A DNA stretch of 64,000 nt from an uncultured Verrucomicrobiae bacterium (GTDB lineage: Bacteria; Verrucomicrobiota; Verrucomicrobiia; Chthoniobacterales; JAFAMB01), in the NCBI GenBank assembly GCA_963762565.1, contig CAVXLD010000010.1:448001-512000 (forward strand). Direction: 5' to 3'. Position 1 is the first letter of the stretch. Each line of letters begins with the position of its first letter. A program made the translations under genes and the position numbers. The notes under the pieces are model-generated. The model made no database searches, had not been told where the DNA came from, and worked only from the letters and a program-made list of their open reading frames with translations. Below are positions 30,354 through 42,058 of the stretch, one piece after another.

Positions 30354-31160
30354 ATGTCCAGTGACCAACAGATATCAGTCCCGAGCTTAACGGCCGTCCA
30401 GGTCGAGCTCTTTTGGGCGCAGCACGGGAAAAAAGTCTTGATCGGAGCCGCCTTGGTACTCTTGATCTTAATCGGGATCGGCGCTTACCTGGGCTATCAA
30501 GCCGTCCGTAACTCCAGGGCAGACAAGGCGTTCGTCGGAGCTCATGATATTAAGGGCTGGGAATCGGTCATTCACCGGTATGCTGGAACACTCGCGGCCG
30601 GTAATGCCTATCTGGAAATCGCGGCAGCTCAGGCCGCCAGCGGTCAGTACAACGAATCTGACAAATCCTATCAGGCCTTCATTAAGGATTATTTGAGTCA
30701 CCCTCTTTTCGTAAACGGGCTTTTCGGACTAGCCTCAAATGCGGAAGCCGAAGGTAAATCTGACGAAGCTCTCAAGTACTACTCAGATATCTTTAGCAAC
30801 AGCAAGTACAGGTTGAGCTACCTGGCGCCGATGGCGGTTTATTACCATGGCAGGATCAGCGAGCGGAGCGGTAACCCAAAAGGAGCTCTCCAGGATTTCG
30901 AAGAACTGATTCAGGATTATCCGCAGAGTGTTATGGCCCTCACGGCGAGAAAAGATGCGGATCGACTAACTACTAAACTCGGCCTCAACGTTCAGGCGAA
31001 ACCAAGCCCAAGCGTTGCCGGCGCATCCGCCAGTCCTCAAGCCTCACCAAGCACTTCCCCTACCGCGCAGGGATCACCAAGTGTACAGGTTTCTCCAAGT
31101 GCCCAGGCATCGGCAACGCCTGTAGCAAGTGCAACTCCGAGATCCACTTTGGAGCCATAA
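30354..31160 (+). CDS. Membrane-anchored TPR protein (YfgM-like) with Ser/Pro/Ala tail
   Basis: One N-terminal TM helix, TPR-like helices, low-complexity C-terminus. Confidence 0.75.
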   Translation: MSSDQQISVPSLTAVQVELFWAQHGKKVLIGAALVLLILIGIGAYLGYQAVRNSRADKAFVGAHDIKGWESVIHRYAGTLAAGNAYLEIAAAQAASGQYNESDKSYQAFIKDYLSHPLFVNGLFGLASNAEAEGKSDEALKYYSDIFSNSKYRLSYLAPMAVYYHGRISERSGNPKGALQDFEELIQDYPQSVMALTARKDADRLTTKLGLNVQAKPSPSVAGASASPQASPSTSPTAQGSPSVQVSPSAQASATPVASATPRSTLEP

Positions 31161-31208
31161 AGCCTGTATCGCTCAAAAATGCATATGCATTTTTGAGCGA
31201 TACAGGCT
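31161..31208. repeat. Perfect 48-bp palindrome between convergent genes
   Basis: AGCCTGTATCGCTCAAAAATGCAT|ATGCATTTTTGAGCGATACAGGCT with no loop and no mismatch. Confidence 0.95.
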
Positions 31209-32028
31209 AAATCGGCGCCAATGTGAAGTCAGTACCGGCGTCCGAATCATGGTCGGGCTCGTGGTGGTCCGCAGCTGGTTTCAACAGATCACCTTGAACC
31301 ATTGTTGATTGGCCGATCGTCAATTCACCTGAGAACTCACCACCGCGATCAACCAAAAAGCTTTTTGCATTAACCGTTCCCCGCAGCACGCCTCCTTTTT
31401 TCACCACTACCTTGCCGCTAGAGAGGATCCGACCCGACATCGTTCCCTCCACCTCAATAAGCTCACCCCGGAGAGGACGCACCAGCTCCACTTCAGTTTT
31501 CTTGTCGATTATTACGTGCTTGCTTTCGAGGCTGCCGCTCAGCTTGCCTCTAAGCCGGATCCGCAAAACAGTTGCGCAGATCAAACTGCCCCGCATGTGG
31601 CCCTGGATTTCAGCGGACTCGCAAATCGCACGATTACTGTTGAGATCACCTTTTGGGGTAATCACTAACGAACCGCGAGTTCGAATCGACCGGCTATAGG
31701 ACCCAACAATCTTGTAGTCCTGCAGATCGATGTAGGCCCCGCAGAGCGGACAGATAGTAGAAGTCGCGTTACGGCCAACCTCTCGTCGACCGTTGCATTC
31801 AAAGCACCGGGCGACAAACGTCCTTTGGACACCCAGCAGACCCTCTACCTTTTCAAAAAGGGTAGGTTCTTTAGGGCCAGCCGGCGATGGGCCAGGCACC
31901 CGGCCGCCTTTTGCGATTTGAATATACCCACTGCACTTACGGCAGTAGGTCGACTTCGCCAGCTCAGGCTCTAGCTGAATGTTACCGCAGTGAGGACATT
32001 GAACTTCTACTCGTCCTTTTGCAGCCAC
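31207..32028 (-). CDS. Bactofilin-domain protein with two N-terminal Zn-ribbon motifs
   Basis: CPHC/CRKC and CFEC/CPLC, then beta-helix repeats ending in VDRGGEFSG. Confidence 0.8.
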   Translation of the reverse strand: MAAKGRVEVQCPHCGNIQLEPELAKSTYCRKCSGYIQIAKGGRVPGPSPAGPKEPTLFEKVEGLLGVQRTFVARCFECNGRREVGRNATSTICPLCGAYIDLQDYKIVGSYSRSIRTRGSLVITPKGDLNSNRAICESAEIQGHMRGSLICATVLRIRLRGKLSGSLESKHVIIDKKTEVELVRPLRGELIEVEGTMSGRILSSGKVVVKKGGVLRGTVNAKSFLVDRGGEFSGELTIGQSTMVQGDLLKPAADHHEPDHDSDAGTDFTLAPI

Positions 32029-32039
32029 TCGGTACTCCT

Positions 32040-32558
32040 TTATCGCGGAGCGCCGACTTCTTGCGGTTTTTCCTTAGTCCCCAGCTCCTTCAACATCCCC
32101 TTATTCGGGCTAACTTCTGATTTACCGACGAAGGTCGCACCTTCCTCGATTATCAAACGCGCTGCGCGTAAATCACCGATCAGTTGCGACCGAGATCGCA
32201 GCTCGCAACGTTCGTTAACCGTGATATTGCCATGCACTTTACCCATCACGATCACCGATTTCGCTTTGACTTCGCCGTGAACATCCCCGCTCTCTCCCAC
32301 CGTCAGGATGCCATCATTCGAAGTAATCTCCCCCTCGAGCTTACCATCAAAAGTAAACTCATTTGCGAATTTAATGGAGCCCTTTATTTCAACGTCATTT
32401 GCTAAGGAGTTCTTAGTTGATTGATCTGCCATAACGGATGTTTTTGATGTTAGATTTTTCGATTCTGCGGCCTTGGGAGGTTGCGGAGTTTCCCCGGATT
32501 CAGTCTCCTCATTGGTCGGGCCTGATCCTGGCTTTTGGGGGATAAACTTCTTGAGCAC
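32040..32558 (-). CDS. Bactofilin (polymer-forming cytoskeletal protein)
   Basis: DVEIKGSI, DGKLEGEI, GKVHGNI, IEEGATFVG. Confidence 0.92.
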   Translation of the reverse strand: MLKKFIPQKPGSGPTNEETESGETPQPPKAAESKNLTSKTSVMADQSTKNSLANDVEIKGSIKFANEFTFDGKLEGEITSNDGILTVGESGDVHGEVKAKSVIVMGKVHGNITVNERCELRSRSQLIGDLRAARLIIEEGATFVGKSEVSPNKGMLKELGTKEKPQEVGAPR

Positions 32559-32706
32559 GGTCGCAACTATGGATTTGCCGATTGGATTGTCAACGCTTTA
32601 CAAGAACGAAATTGCCGCGATACCGCTATTTTAGTACAGCGCCGCTGATTCCGCAGAAAGTGTAACCGTCGAAGTCAATTAACCTAGCTGCCCGCCCCAC
32701 GTTGAA

Positions 32707-32790
32707 GGTGATAGGTGATTAGTGATTGGTGATTAGCTACAAGCTTCTGTCACCGATTCTACCAATCACGAATCACCAATCACCAATCAC
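32707..32790. repeat. Inverted pair of GTGATTG-type heptamer arrays
   Basis: GGTGATAGGTGATTAGTGATTGGTGATTAG ... ACCAATCACGAATCACCAATCACCAATCAC. Confidence 0.85.
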
Positions 32791-34191
32791 TTATTCGTTC
32801 CCTGCCAGTTCCTCCGCGGGATACGTCCAGATCTCGCTTAGCGTCGGGTGATAGTGAGGAATCGAAGCCAGGTCCGACGCGGTGGCTCGGAAATGCATCG
32901 CAACTACAATTTCATGAATTAGTTCCGCTGCTTCGGGTCCTAGCGCAGCCGCACCTAAAATTTCGCCACTCTTAGCGTGCACGATCAGTTTCACGAACCC
33001 TTCCGGTTCTCCCCGCACTAGACTCTTGCCATGGTCAGCAAATGGATAACTCGCTTTTCGAAACGGGATTTTTTGCTTAACAGCTTCTCGCTCCGTCAAT
33101 CCGACAAAGGCGAGCTGAGGGTGCGAAAAAACGGCAAAAAGACGCAACCGATAATCGATCCGACCCAACTCTTTCCCTGCCAGCGATCTTTGAGCGTTTT
33201 TTGCTGCTACCACCGCTTGCTCAATCGCGATATGCACAACGTCATAAAGCCCAGTGACATCGCCAGCAGCAAATAGATGGGATTGAGATGTTTGCATGCG
33301 GTCATTCACCAGAATGCCGCCTTGCGGCGAGAGCTCGACTTCAGCCGCCTTTAGATTTAATCCCCCGAGCGCGGGACGTCGGCCCAGAGCGTAGAAAATC
33401 TCGTTCGCCGCTACTCTTCGCTCTACACCGTCATGCTGGAAATAGACCGCCTTCTCTCCCTTCTCGGCGGCAACTCTCAACAATTTTGTGTCACAGATCA
33501 TCTCCACGCCTTGCTGTCGCAACGCCTCCGTCAACGCGCTGGAGGCATCGGCGTCTGCCTCCTTGAGAAACTGCCGGTTCCTCTGGACCACTGTCACCTT
33601 CGAACCTAAAGAGTTGTAAAAGGTTGCAAACTCGAGGGCGATCGCGCCTCCCCCTAGAATGATCACCGATGGAGGAACAACATCCGCATCGAGCGCCAGA
33701 TCGCTGTGAAGGAAGGGTGTCTGCGCCAGTCCCGGAATTTCGAGAAGGTTCAGCTCTGAGCCAGTTGAGATCAGCCCGAACCGAAACCGCACTTCTATTT
33801 CTTTAGACTCAAGAGTTGCCAACCGGAGCGCGTGCGGGGACAAAAACGAGGCGCGGGCCCGAACAAACTCAAACTTTCCGTTCTCGAGCTGCGAACTCCG
33901 GTAACCTGCAAATTCGCCGATGAGTCTCCGCTTACGCTCCCGAATAGCAGCCACATCATAGCCGATTTGGCCGGCGCTCAACCCGAACTCTTTCGCTCGT
34001 CGCAAGGTTAGGAAGCGATTCGCGGATTCCAGGATGGTCTTGCTGGGCATGCACCCGCGGAGAATACAAAGTCCCCCAACTTCAGCCCCTCCCTCGATAC
34101 AGATAGTTCGCAATCCAAGCCGGCTGGCGGTCGCGGCGGCAGCGTACCCGGCACTGCCTCCTCCGATCACCGCAAAATCGTATTCCGTCAT
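32791..34191 (-). CDS. Class I pyridine nucleotide-disulfide oxidoreductase (dihydrolipoamide dehydrogenase-like)
   Basis: GGGSAG, GGLCILRGCMPSK, AAGD, HPTLSE. Start ATG 34191 likely. Confidence 0.9.
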   Translation of the reverse strand: MTEYDFAVIGGGSAGYAAAATASRLGLRTICIEGGAEVGGLCILRGCMPSKTILESANRFLTLRRAKEFGLSAGQIGYDVAAIRERKRRLIGEFAGYRSSQLENGKFEFVRARASFLSPHALRLATLESKEIEVRFRFGLISTGSELNLLEIPGLAQTPFLHSDLALDADVVPPSVIILGGGAIALEFATFYNSLGSKVTVVQRNRQFLKEADADASSALTEALRQQGVEMICDTKLLRVAAEKGEKAVYFQHDGVERRVAANEIFYALGRRPALGGLNLKAAEVELSPQGGILVNDRMQTSQSHLFAAGDVTGLYDVVHIAIEQAVVAAKNAQRSLAGKELGRIDYRLRLFAVFSHPQLAFVGLTEREAVKQKIPFRKASYPFADHGKSLVRGEPEGFVKLIVHAKSGEILGAAALGPEAAELIHEIVVAMHFRATASDLASIPHYHPTLSEIWTYPAEELAGNE

Positions 34192-34293
34192 TGTCAGCAT
34201 CGGCAATGTCAGCTGGGCCATCGGAAGCGTCAATCATTCAAAATCTTGAGGTTATGAATGGTTGAAACTACAATCTGTTGCATACTTACTGGC

Positions 34294-34322
34294 TTGCAAA
34301 AACAGCTTGCTCCGCATATACT
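34294..34322 (+). promoter_or_regulatory. Probable sigma70 promoter of gyrB
   Basis: TTGCAA-N17-TATACT. Confidence 0.6.
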
Positions 34323-34344
34323 TAAGACTCAAGTTTCGCCCTGA

Positions 34345-36927
<2,583 letters not shown>

Positions 36928-36929
36928 TC

Positions 36930-37028
36930 GAGTTCCGTGTTTGAAGTTGCGGGTTGCGAGTTAGCAACTGCACGTGCGGATACGCCGATAACTCGCAACT
37001 CGTTACACGTAACCCCTAACCCGCAACT
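36930..37028. repeat. Inverted pair of degenerate GTTGCGG/CGCAACT heptamer arrays between gyrB and gyrA
   Basis: AGTTGCGGGTTGCGAGTT ... AACTCGCAACTCGTTACACGTAACCCCTAACCCGCAACT. Confidence 0.75.
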
Positions 37029-37036
37029 GGTTGCCA

Positions 37037-39619
37037 ATGCCTGATCCAAACCAAAAAGTCGAAGCCGTCAACGTCGCGGAAGAGATGTCGAAGTCGTTCC
37101 TCGACTATTCGATGTCGGTCATTATTTCTCGCGCACTCCCCGATGCTCGTGACGGACTAAAACCTTCCCAACGCCGGATCCTCTATTCCATGCAGGGACT
37201 CGGGGTGCTACCCAATCGCAAGCACGTCAAGTGCGCCAAGATCGTGGGTGACACGATGGGTAACTATCATCCTCACGGCGATATGGCGATTTATCCTACC
37301 CTCGTCCATATGGCCCAGCCTTGGGCAATGCGGGAAGTTTTGATTGAGGGCCAAGGTAATTTCGGCTCCATGGACGGAGATCCGCCCGCGTCGATGCGGT
37401 ACACGGAAGCCCGGCTAACCCACCTCGGCGCCGCCCTGATGGAGGACATGGATCGGGGTACGGTGGATTTCGTTCCCAACTATGACGAGACCTTGGAGGA
37501 GCCGACCGTCTTTCCGGCGGCATTCCCGAACCTACTGATAAATGGCGGTACCGGCATCGCCGTCGGGATGGCAACCAACATCCCCCCTCACAACCTGGGA
37601 GAAATCGTCTCCGGAGTGTGCGAGTTGATCGATAATCCTGCGCTGACCGTCGGCCAGCTGCTCGAGATTATCAAAGGCCCTGACTTCCCTACCGGTTGCA
37701 CTATCTTCGGGACCAGTGGTATTCGGCAGTACTTCGAGACCGGACGCGGGATTGTTCGGGTCCGAGGCAAGGCGACGATCGAGGAGGGAAAACACAGCCG
37801 GGAAGTCCTGGTAATCACTGAGATCCCGTTCAACGTCAATCGAGCAGAGTTGATCAAGCGGATTGCCGCCCTGATTCAGGAAAAAGTGATCACTGATATT
37901 AGTGATATCCGCGATCTGTCCGATGAAAACACCCGTATCGAGATCGAGCTCAAACGGGACGCAAACGCGAATGTAGTCCTGAACAACCTCTACAAGCATA
38001 CCGCTTTGGAGAGTTCCTTCGCCGTCAACATGCTCGCGATCGATCATGGGCGGCCGAAACTACTATCTGTCATCGAGGCCCTGCATTGTTACATCGAGCA
38101 CCGGCGTGACGTGGTGTTGAGGCGGACTCGCTATCTATTAAAGCAGGCAGAGCAACGGGCGGAGACCTTGGAGGGTTATCTTATCGCTCTCGCTCATCTG
38201 GATGACTTTATCGAGATCGTTCGGAACTCAGCCAACCGAGAAGAAGCACGAGTAAAACTGTTGGCGTACGAATTCAGTCAAAGCCAAGTCGAACAGATCG
38301 GTATTCGCATCCGGAGCGAAGCGCGCTTGGTGGACGGCCGGTACGTTTTTAGCGAACAGCAAGCAGATCAAATCCTTGACCTTCGACTCTACCAACTGAC
38401 CGGGCTAGAACGAGAAAAGATCACCGGCGAGTACGGCGAACTTCTCACCCGCATCAATGATCTGGTCGATATCTTGAATCGGGCAGACCGGGTGATGAGC
38501 ATCATCAAGGAAGAGCTCTTAAAGGTTAAGGACAAATACGATTCAGCGAGGATGACGCAAATCGTCCCCGCCGAAGGTGATATCGACATCGAAGACCTCA
38601 TCGCCAATGAAGGGTGTATTATCACGATTACTCACGGTGGCTATATCAAGCGGACGGCGGAAAGCGAGTTCCGGGCGCAACGCCGCGGCGGTCGTGGAGT
38701 AATCGGGATGACCACTCGCGAAGCGATGATGGAGGGCGAGGAAGGGGATTTCGTTGAACACCTGTTCACCGCAAGCACCCACGATTCTCTAATGTTCTTT
38801 ACGCAGACCGGCCGCTGCTACGTGGAAAAGGTCTACCAGATTCCGGAGATGAGCAGATCGTCGAAAGGGCGCGCTATCGCAAATCTGCTCGAATTGCGTC
38901 CGGAGGAGAAGATCGCTGCCACGCTGCGCATAGAAGCAAAAAAGGAAGAAGGTTCGACCGAAGAAACCACCTGGAACCCGAACCTTCATATCATGTTTGC
39001 CACCAGGCACGGTCTGGTGAAAAAAACCAATCTTTCTGAATTCGCCAATGTTCGCAGAGGAGGCATTATCGCCATTCAAATCGAGCAGGAAGACGAGTTG
39101 ATCGATGCTCTCCTGACCAATGGCGGTGAAGAAGTGGTGCTCATCACCAAAGACGGGATGAGTATCCGGTTTAAGGAAGACGATGCTCGAGATATGGGGC
39201 GGAACGCGATCGGCGTCTGGGGCATCCGGCCTGAACCGGGAGATGAAGTCGTCGGTATCGCAAAGGTCGTTGCTGACGCCAAATTGCTCGTCGCCGGAGC
39301 CAATGGCATCGGAAAAAGAACCGACTTCGAGGAATATCGTCTGCAGTCTCGCGGTGGGAAAGGAATCATCACGATGAAGACCGGAGATCGAACCGGCGAA
39401 GTCATTGGAGCTTTGTCCGCTTATGAGCACGACGAAGTCATGCTGATCACCACGGGCGGACAAATGGTGCGCTTGCGGGTCAGTGAGATCCGGGAGACGG
39501 GAAGAAACACAATGGGAGTAAAGCTCATCAACCTCATCGAGGGGGAGAAGCTTCAGGATATTGCTCCAGTGGTTTCGCAGGAAGATTTGGAGACTGAAGG
39601 AGAGGAAGCAGCAGGTTAG
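37037..39619 (+). CDS. gyrA: DNA gyrase subunit A
   Basis: [24 protein letters not shown], GyrA-box QRRGGRG. Confidence 0.97.
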   Translation: MPDPNQKVEAVNVAEEMSKSFLDYSMSVIISRALPDARDGLKPSQRRILYSMQGLGVLPNRKHVKCAKIVGDTMGNYHPHGDMAIYPTLVHMAQPWAMREVLIEGQGNFGSMDGDPPASMRYTEARLTHLGAALMEDMDRGTVDFVPNYDETLEEPTVFPAAFPNLLINGGTGIAVGMATNIPPHNLGEIVSGVCELIDNPALTVGQLLEIIKGPDFPTGCTIFGTSGIRQYFETGRGIVRVRGKATIEEGKHSREVLVITEIPFNVNRAELIKRIAALIQEKVITDISDIRDLSDENTRIEIELKRDANANVVLNNLYKHTALESSFAVNMLAIDHGRPKLLSVIEALHCYIEHRRDVVLRRTRYLLKQAEQRAETLEGYLIALAHLDDFIEIVRNSANREEARVKLLAYEFSQSQVEQIGIRIRSEARLVDGRYVFSEQQADQILDLRLYQLTGLEREKITGEYGELLTRINDLVDILNRADRVMSIIKEELLKVKDKYDSARMTQIVPAEGDIDIEDLIANEGCIITITHGGYIKRTAESEFRAQRRGGRGVIGMTTREAMMEGEEGDFVEHLFTASTHDSLMFFTQTGRCYVEKVYQIPEMSRSSKGRAIANLLELRPEEKIAATLRIEAKKEEGSTEETTWNPNLHIMFATRHGLVKKTNLSEFANVRRGGIIAIQIEQEDELIDALLTNGGEEVVLITKDGMSIRFKEDDARDMGRNAIGVWGIRPEPGDEVVGIAKVVADAKLLVAGANGIGKRTDFEEYRLQSRGGKGIITMKTGDRTGEVIGALSAYEHDEVMLITTGGQMVRLRVSEIRETGRNTMGVKLINLIEGEKLQDIAPVVSQEDLETEGEEAAG

Positions 39620-39659
39620 CCAGCGAGTGGGCGTATCCAGCAAATGTCGCAATCGCCGT

Positions 39660-39983
39660 GTCCCGTAGGGACTAAATGATAGTAGCCTGACTCCGCAAGG
39701 CCTACGTCGCGATCGCACCGGTTGGTCGGCAAAATCGAAGGCTTCGGGTGCGCCGTAGTCTGCGAAGGCGACCCGGCAGTTTTTACTGCCTGGACCCAGA
39801 TTAGAGAAAGCGTTCCGTCCCGTTAGGGTACGGTGTGATCGGGTCCACGGTTTTGTGCTCGGCGCGGGATTACCTACAGTCACGACAAACCAAATCATAC
39901 CGTCTCTACGAGACGGGTCTCTTTTTTTGGCGTTGTTCCAGGCAGTAAAACTGCCACGTTACGTTCATTCTGTCCCTCCGGGA
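39660..39983. repeat. Family B multi-hairpin inverted-repeat element with nested ~85-bp insert
   Basis: Three nested arm pairs: GTCCCGTAGGGAC/GTCCCTCCGGGA; GGCAGTTTTTACTGCCTGGA/TCCAGGCAGTAAAACTGCC; CCGTCCCGTTAGGGTACGGTGTGAT/ATCATACCGTCTCTACGAGACGG. Confidence 0.85.
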
Positions 39984-40240
39984 GATTTCCGACTAGCGCC
40001 CGCAGGAACCTCGGCAGAACCAGGCGGCGCAACGATCGCTTCCAGGATATTGCGCCACCTGGTCGCATTCCTAATCATCTCAGTGTATAATTATCGCCAT
40101 AATCTGGCCATGACCGCACCGGTCCCGCGAATGAGAGCCCTATTGGCGCAAAATAGACTTCGGCCCCCGCTTTTCGCGAACTAAGAATCTTTTGCGGTTG
40201 CCGACGCTCGTTTGCTCTTTAGAGTTTAGGCACTTCTGTT

Positions 40241-40690
40241 ATGGGAACGCGAAAGCGAAAATTGTCAGTCATGAGGCTCCCGGTCCAGCGCGAGCTTGAG
40301 CTTTCCCACGAGGGGCAATATTTCGACCTGCGAGCGCTCTTCGATAAGCTAAACGCTGAATACTTTAATGGCGCGCTGCGCGGTTACACCATCACTTGGG
40401 GCCGCAAACGAAAGCTCCCCCCGAAAGAATACTTTGTATTCGGGACGATCCAGGAAGAGGACCGGGTCATCCGGATTCATCCGCTTCTCGATGCGGCGTT
40501 CGTTCCGACCTGGTTTCTCGAGTACGTCATCTATCACGAGATGCTGCACGCGGTTGTACCGGAAGAGGAAGATGCCACCGGCCGCCGTCGAATTCATACC
40601 GACGAATTCTACCGTCGGGAACAGCGGTTTCATTGCTACCAGAGAGCTCGCCGCTGGGAGGACGAAAACCTGGATCGTTTTTTGCGATAG
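40241..40690 (+). CDS. SprT-like zinc metalloprotease domain protein
   Basis: FDKLNAEYF, HEMLH zincin motif, later His. Confidence 0.8.
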   Translation: MGTRKRKLSVMRLPVQRELELSHEGQYFDLRALFDKLNAEYFNGALRGYTITWGRKRKLPPKEYFVFGTIQEEDRVIRIHPLLDAAFVPTWFLEYVIYHEMLHAVVPEEEDATGRRRIHTDEFYRREQRFHCYQRARRWEDENLDRFLR

Positions 40691-40696
40691 CTGATT

Positions 40697-41020
40697 ATGG
40701 AGGTCCTCGTGGTCACCTGTACTTTTCCTGGCCACGAGATGGCCTGGAGAATCAGCCGGGCCGCAGTGGAAAATGGCCTAGCTGCCTGCGCGACGCTGAT
40801 ACCGGAAGCCAAATCGATATACCGTTGGAAAGGTCAGATCGAAACCGCCCAAGAGACGGTTGTCACCTTCAAAACCACGAAGAACCAGTTCGAGGCGCTT
40901 CGAGAGTTTGTTGTGAAAGATCATCCTTACGAAGTTCCAGAGGTCATAGCATGGCCGGCGTCAGATGGCTCGCCAGAATACCTGGCCTGGGTAGAAGCGA
41001 GTACCGGAGGAAGCAAATAG
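40697..41020 (+). CDS. cutA: Divalent-cation tolerance protein CutA (paralog 2)
   Basis: LAACA, SIYRWKG, HPYEVPEVI. Confidence 0.92.
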   Translation: MEVLVVTCTFPGHEMAWRISRAAVENGLAACATLIPEAKSIYRWKGQIETAQETVVTFKTTKNQFEALREFVVKDHPYEVPEVIAWPASDGSPEYLAWVEASTGGSK

Positions 41021-41022
41021 AC

Positions 41023-41242
41023 GGTAGGGCGAAAATCTCGACGCTCCCAGGACAAGTCTCCTATCTGCAGGTTTCGCGCGCCGGATTTGAGCCGCGCCGT
41101 GCGGCTAATATCTAACCTGACTTGGAATCGCCCATATCGACAATATCCTGGGCAATGAGACGGCCACGCAATGGCTCAAATCGGGACCGACGATGGCTGC
41201 GAGGTGGAAAACAAAAATGCGAGCCGAGATTTTTGCCCGGCC
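41023..41242. repeat. Family E element, copy E2 (long form, 220 bp)
   Basis: GGTAGGGCGAAAATCTCG ... GATTTGAGCC ... GGCTCAAATC ... CGAGATTTTTGCCC; colinear with the reverse complement of 59089-59174. Confidence 0.8.
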
Positions 41243-41297
41243 GACGTTGGGTTCGTCGCAGCTCAACGTCGGATACAGCGCTTAATAATCAGCCGAC

Positions 41298-41999
41298 CTA
41301 CGGTTTCTTAGTCGGGCTAGGGAAGCCACCCGGCTTGGTATTCACCGCCGGAGTATTCGAGGCGCCTGGTTTTGTCTCTGTTTTACTCGTGGAAGGTGCA
41401 GCCGCCGGTCGATTCGCGTTCAATTTCGCGATCACTGCGTCGCTGAAGTCAATGTCGGCCTTAGCAAACAGCAAAACCGGTGTACCAAGAGCGGCACTCT
41501 GCCCCGATTTATCAAAAACCAAATCGAAATTCTGTGCCTTCACCTGGTCGGTCACAACTTTCATGATCTCTTCGACCAAAGCCGAGATCATGTGCGTCTT
41601 CTCGTCTTGAAGTTGTTTTTGACGAGTCGAACGAAAATCCTGAATTTCCCGCTCCAATCCATTGGTTTCCGCGATCTTTGAATCCCTTTCCTGGGCTTTT
41701 TGGTCTTTGCTAGCGCCACTCAGGTCCGGCTTATTTAGCTCCTCATTTAGCTTGTTGATGGTATCAAGATTCTTCTTGTAGGAATCCATTCGCGAATTCA
41801 GCTCATCCTGAGCGGATCTTTGAGCTTCCTCGAGCTTTGCTTGTGCCTCTTGAGTCTTGTAGTAGCCCGCCATGACCTTAGCCATGTCGATGGTACCGAT
41901 TTTCAACTCTGCTTTTGCTTGGGACGATACGCCAAAGCCCAAGATGGCAGCGACGCAAGCCCACACGACGAATGAGGAGGTTTTATTCATTATATTCAT
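41298..41999 (-). CDS. skp: OmpH/Skp periplasmic chaperone
   Basis: Signal peptide, KIGTIDM, coiled coil, FDLVFDKS; downstream of bamA. Confidence 0.9.
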   Translation of the reverse strand: MNIMNKTSSFVVWACVAAILGFGVSSQAKAELKIGTIDMAKVMAGYYKTQEAQAKLEEAQRSAQDELNSRMDSYKKNLDTINKLNEELNKPDLSGASKDQKAQERDSKIAETNGLEREIQDFRSTRQKQLQDEKTHMISALVEEIMKVVTDQVKAQNFDLVFDKSGQSAALGTPVLLFAKADIDFSDAVIAKLNANRPAAAPSTSKTETKPGASNTPAVNTKPGGFPSPTKKP

Positions 42000-42058
42000 T
42001 AACTAACAATGGACGGGGCTTTCCGGGTTTAAGTGAGACGCCCCCCGAATCAAACACT

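Noticed and set aside
32791..34191. Mercuric reductase MerA call
   Set aside because: No C-terminal Cys-Cys pair and no mer genes; the HPT motif fits the Lpd-like group.
38789..39898. 369-aa minus-strand ORF and the many other antisense ORFs over ribosomal genes, fusA and gyrAB
   Set aside because: Shadow frames of well-supported genes with no recognisable motifs.
39990..40240. Possible further element upstream of the SprT-like gene (CCAGGATATTGCGCCA..TGGCGCAAAAT)
   Set aside because: Only a short imperfect inverted match and ~10 nt similarity to the family E interior; too weak to call.
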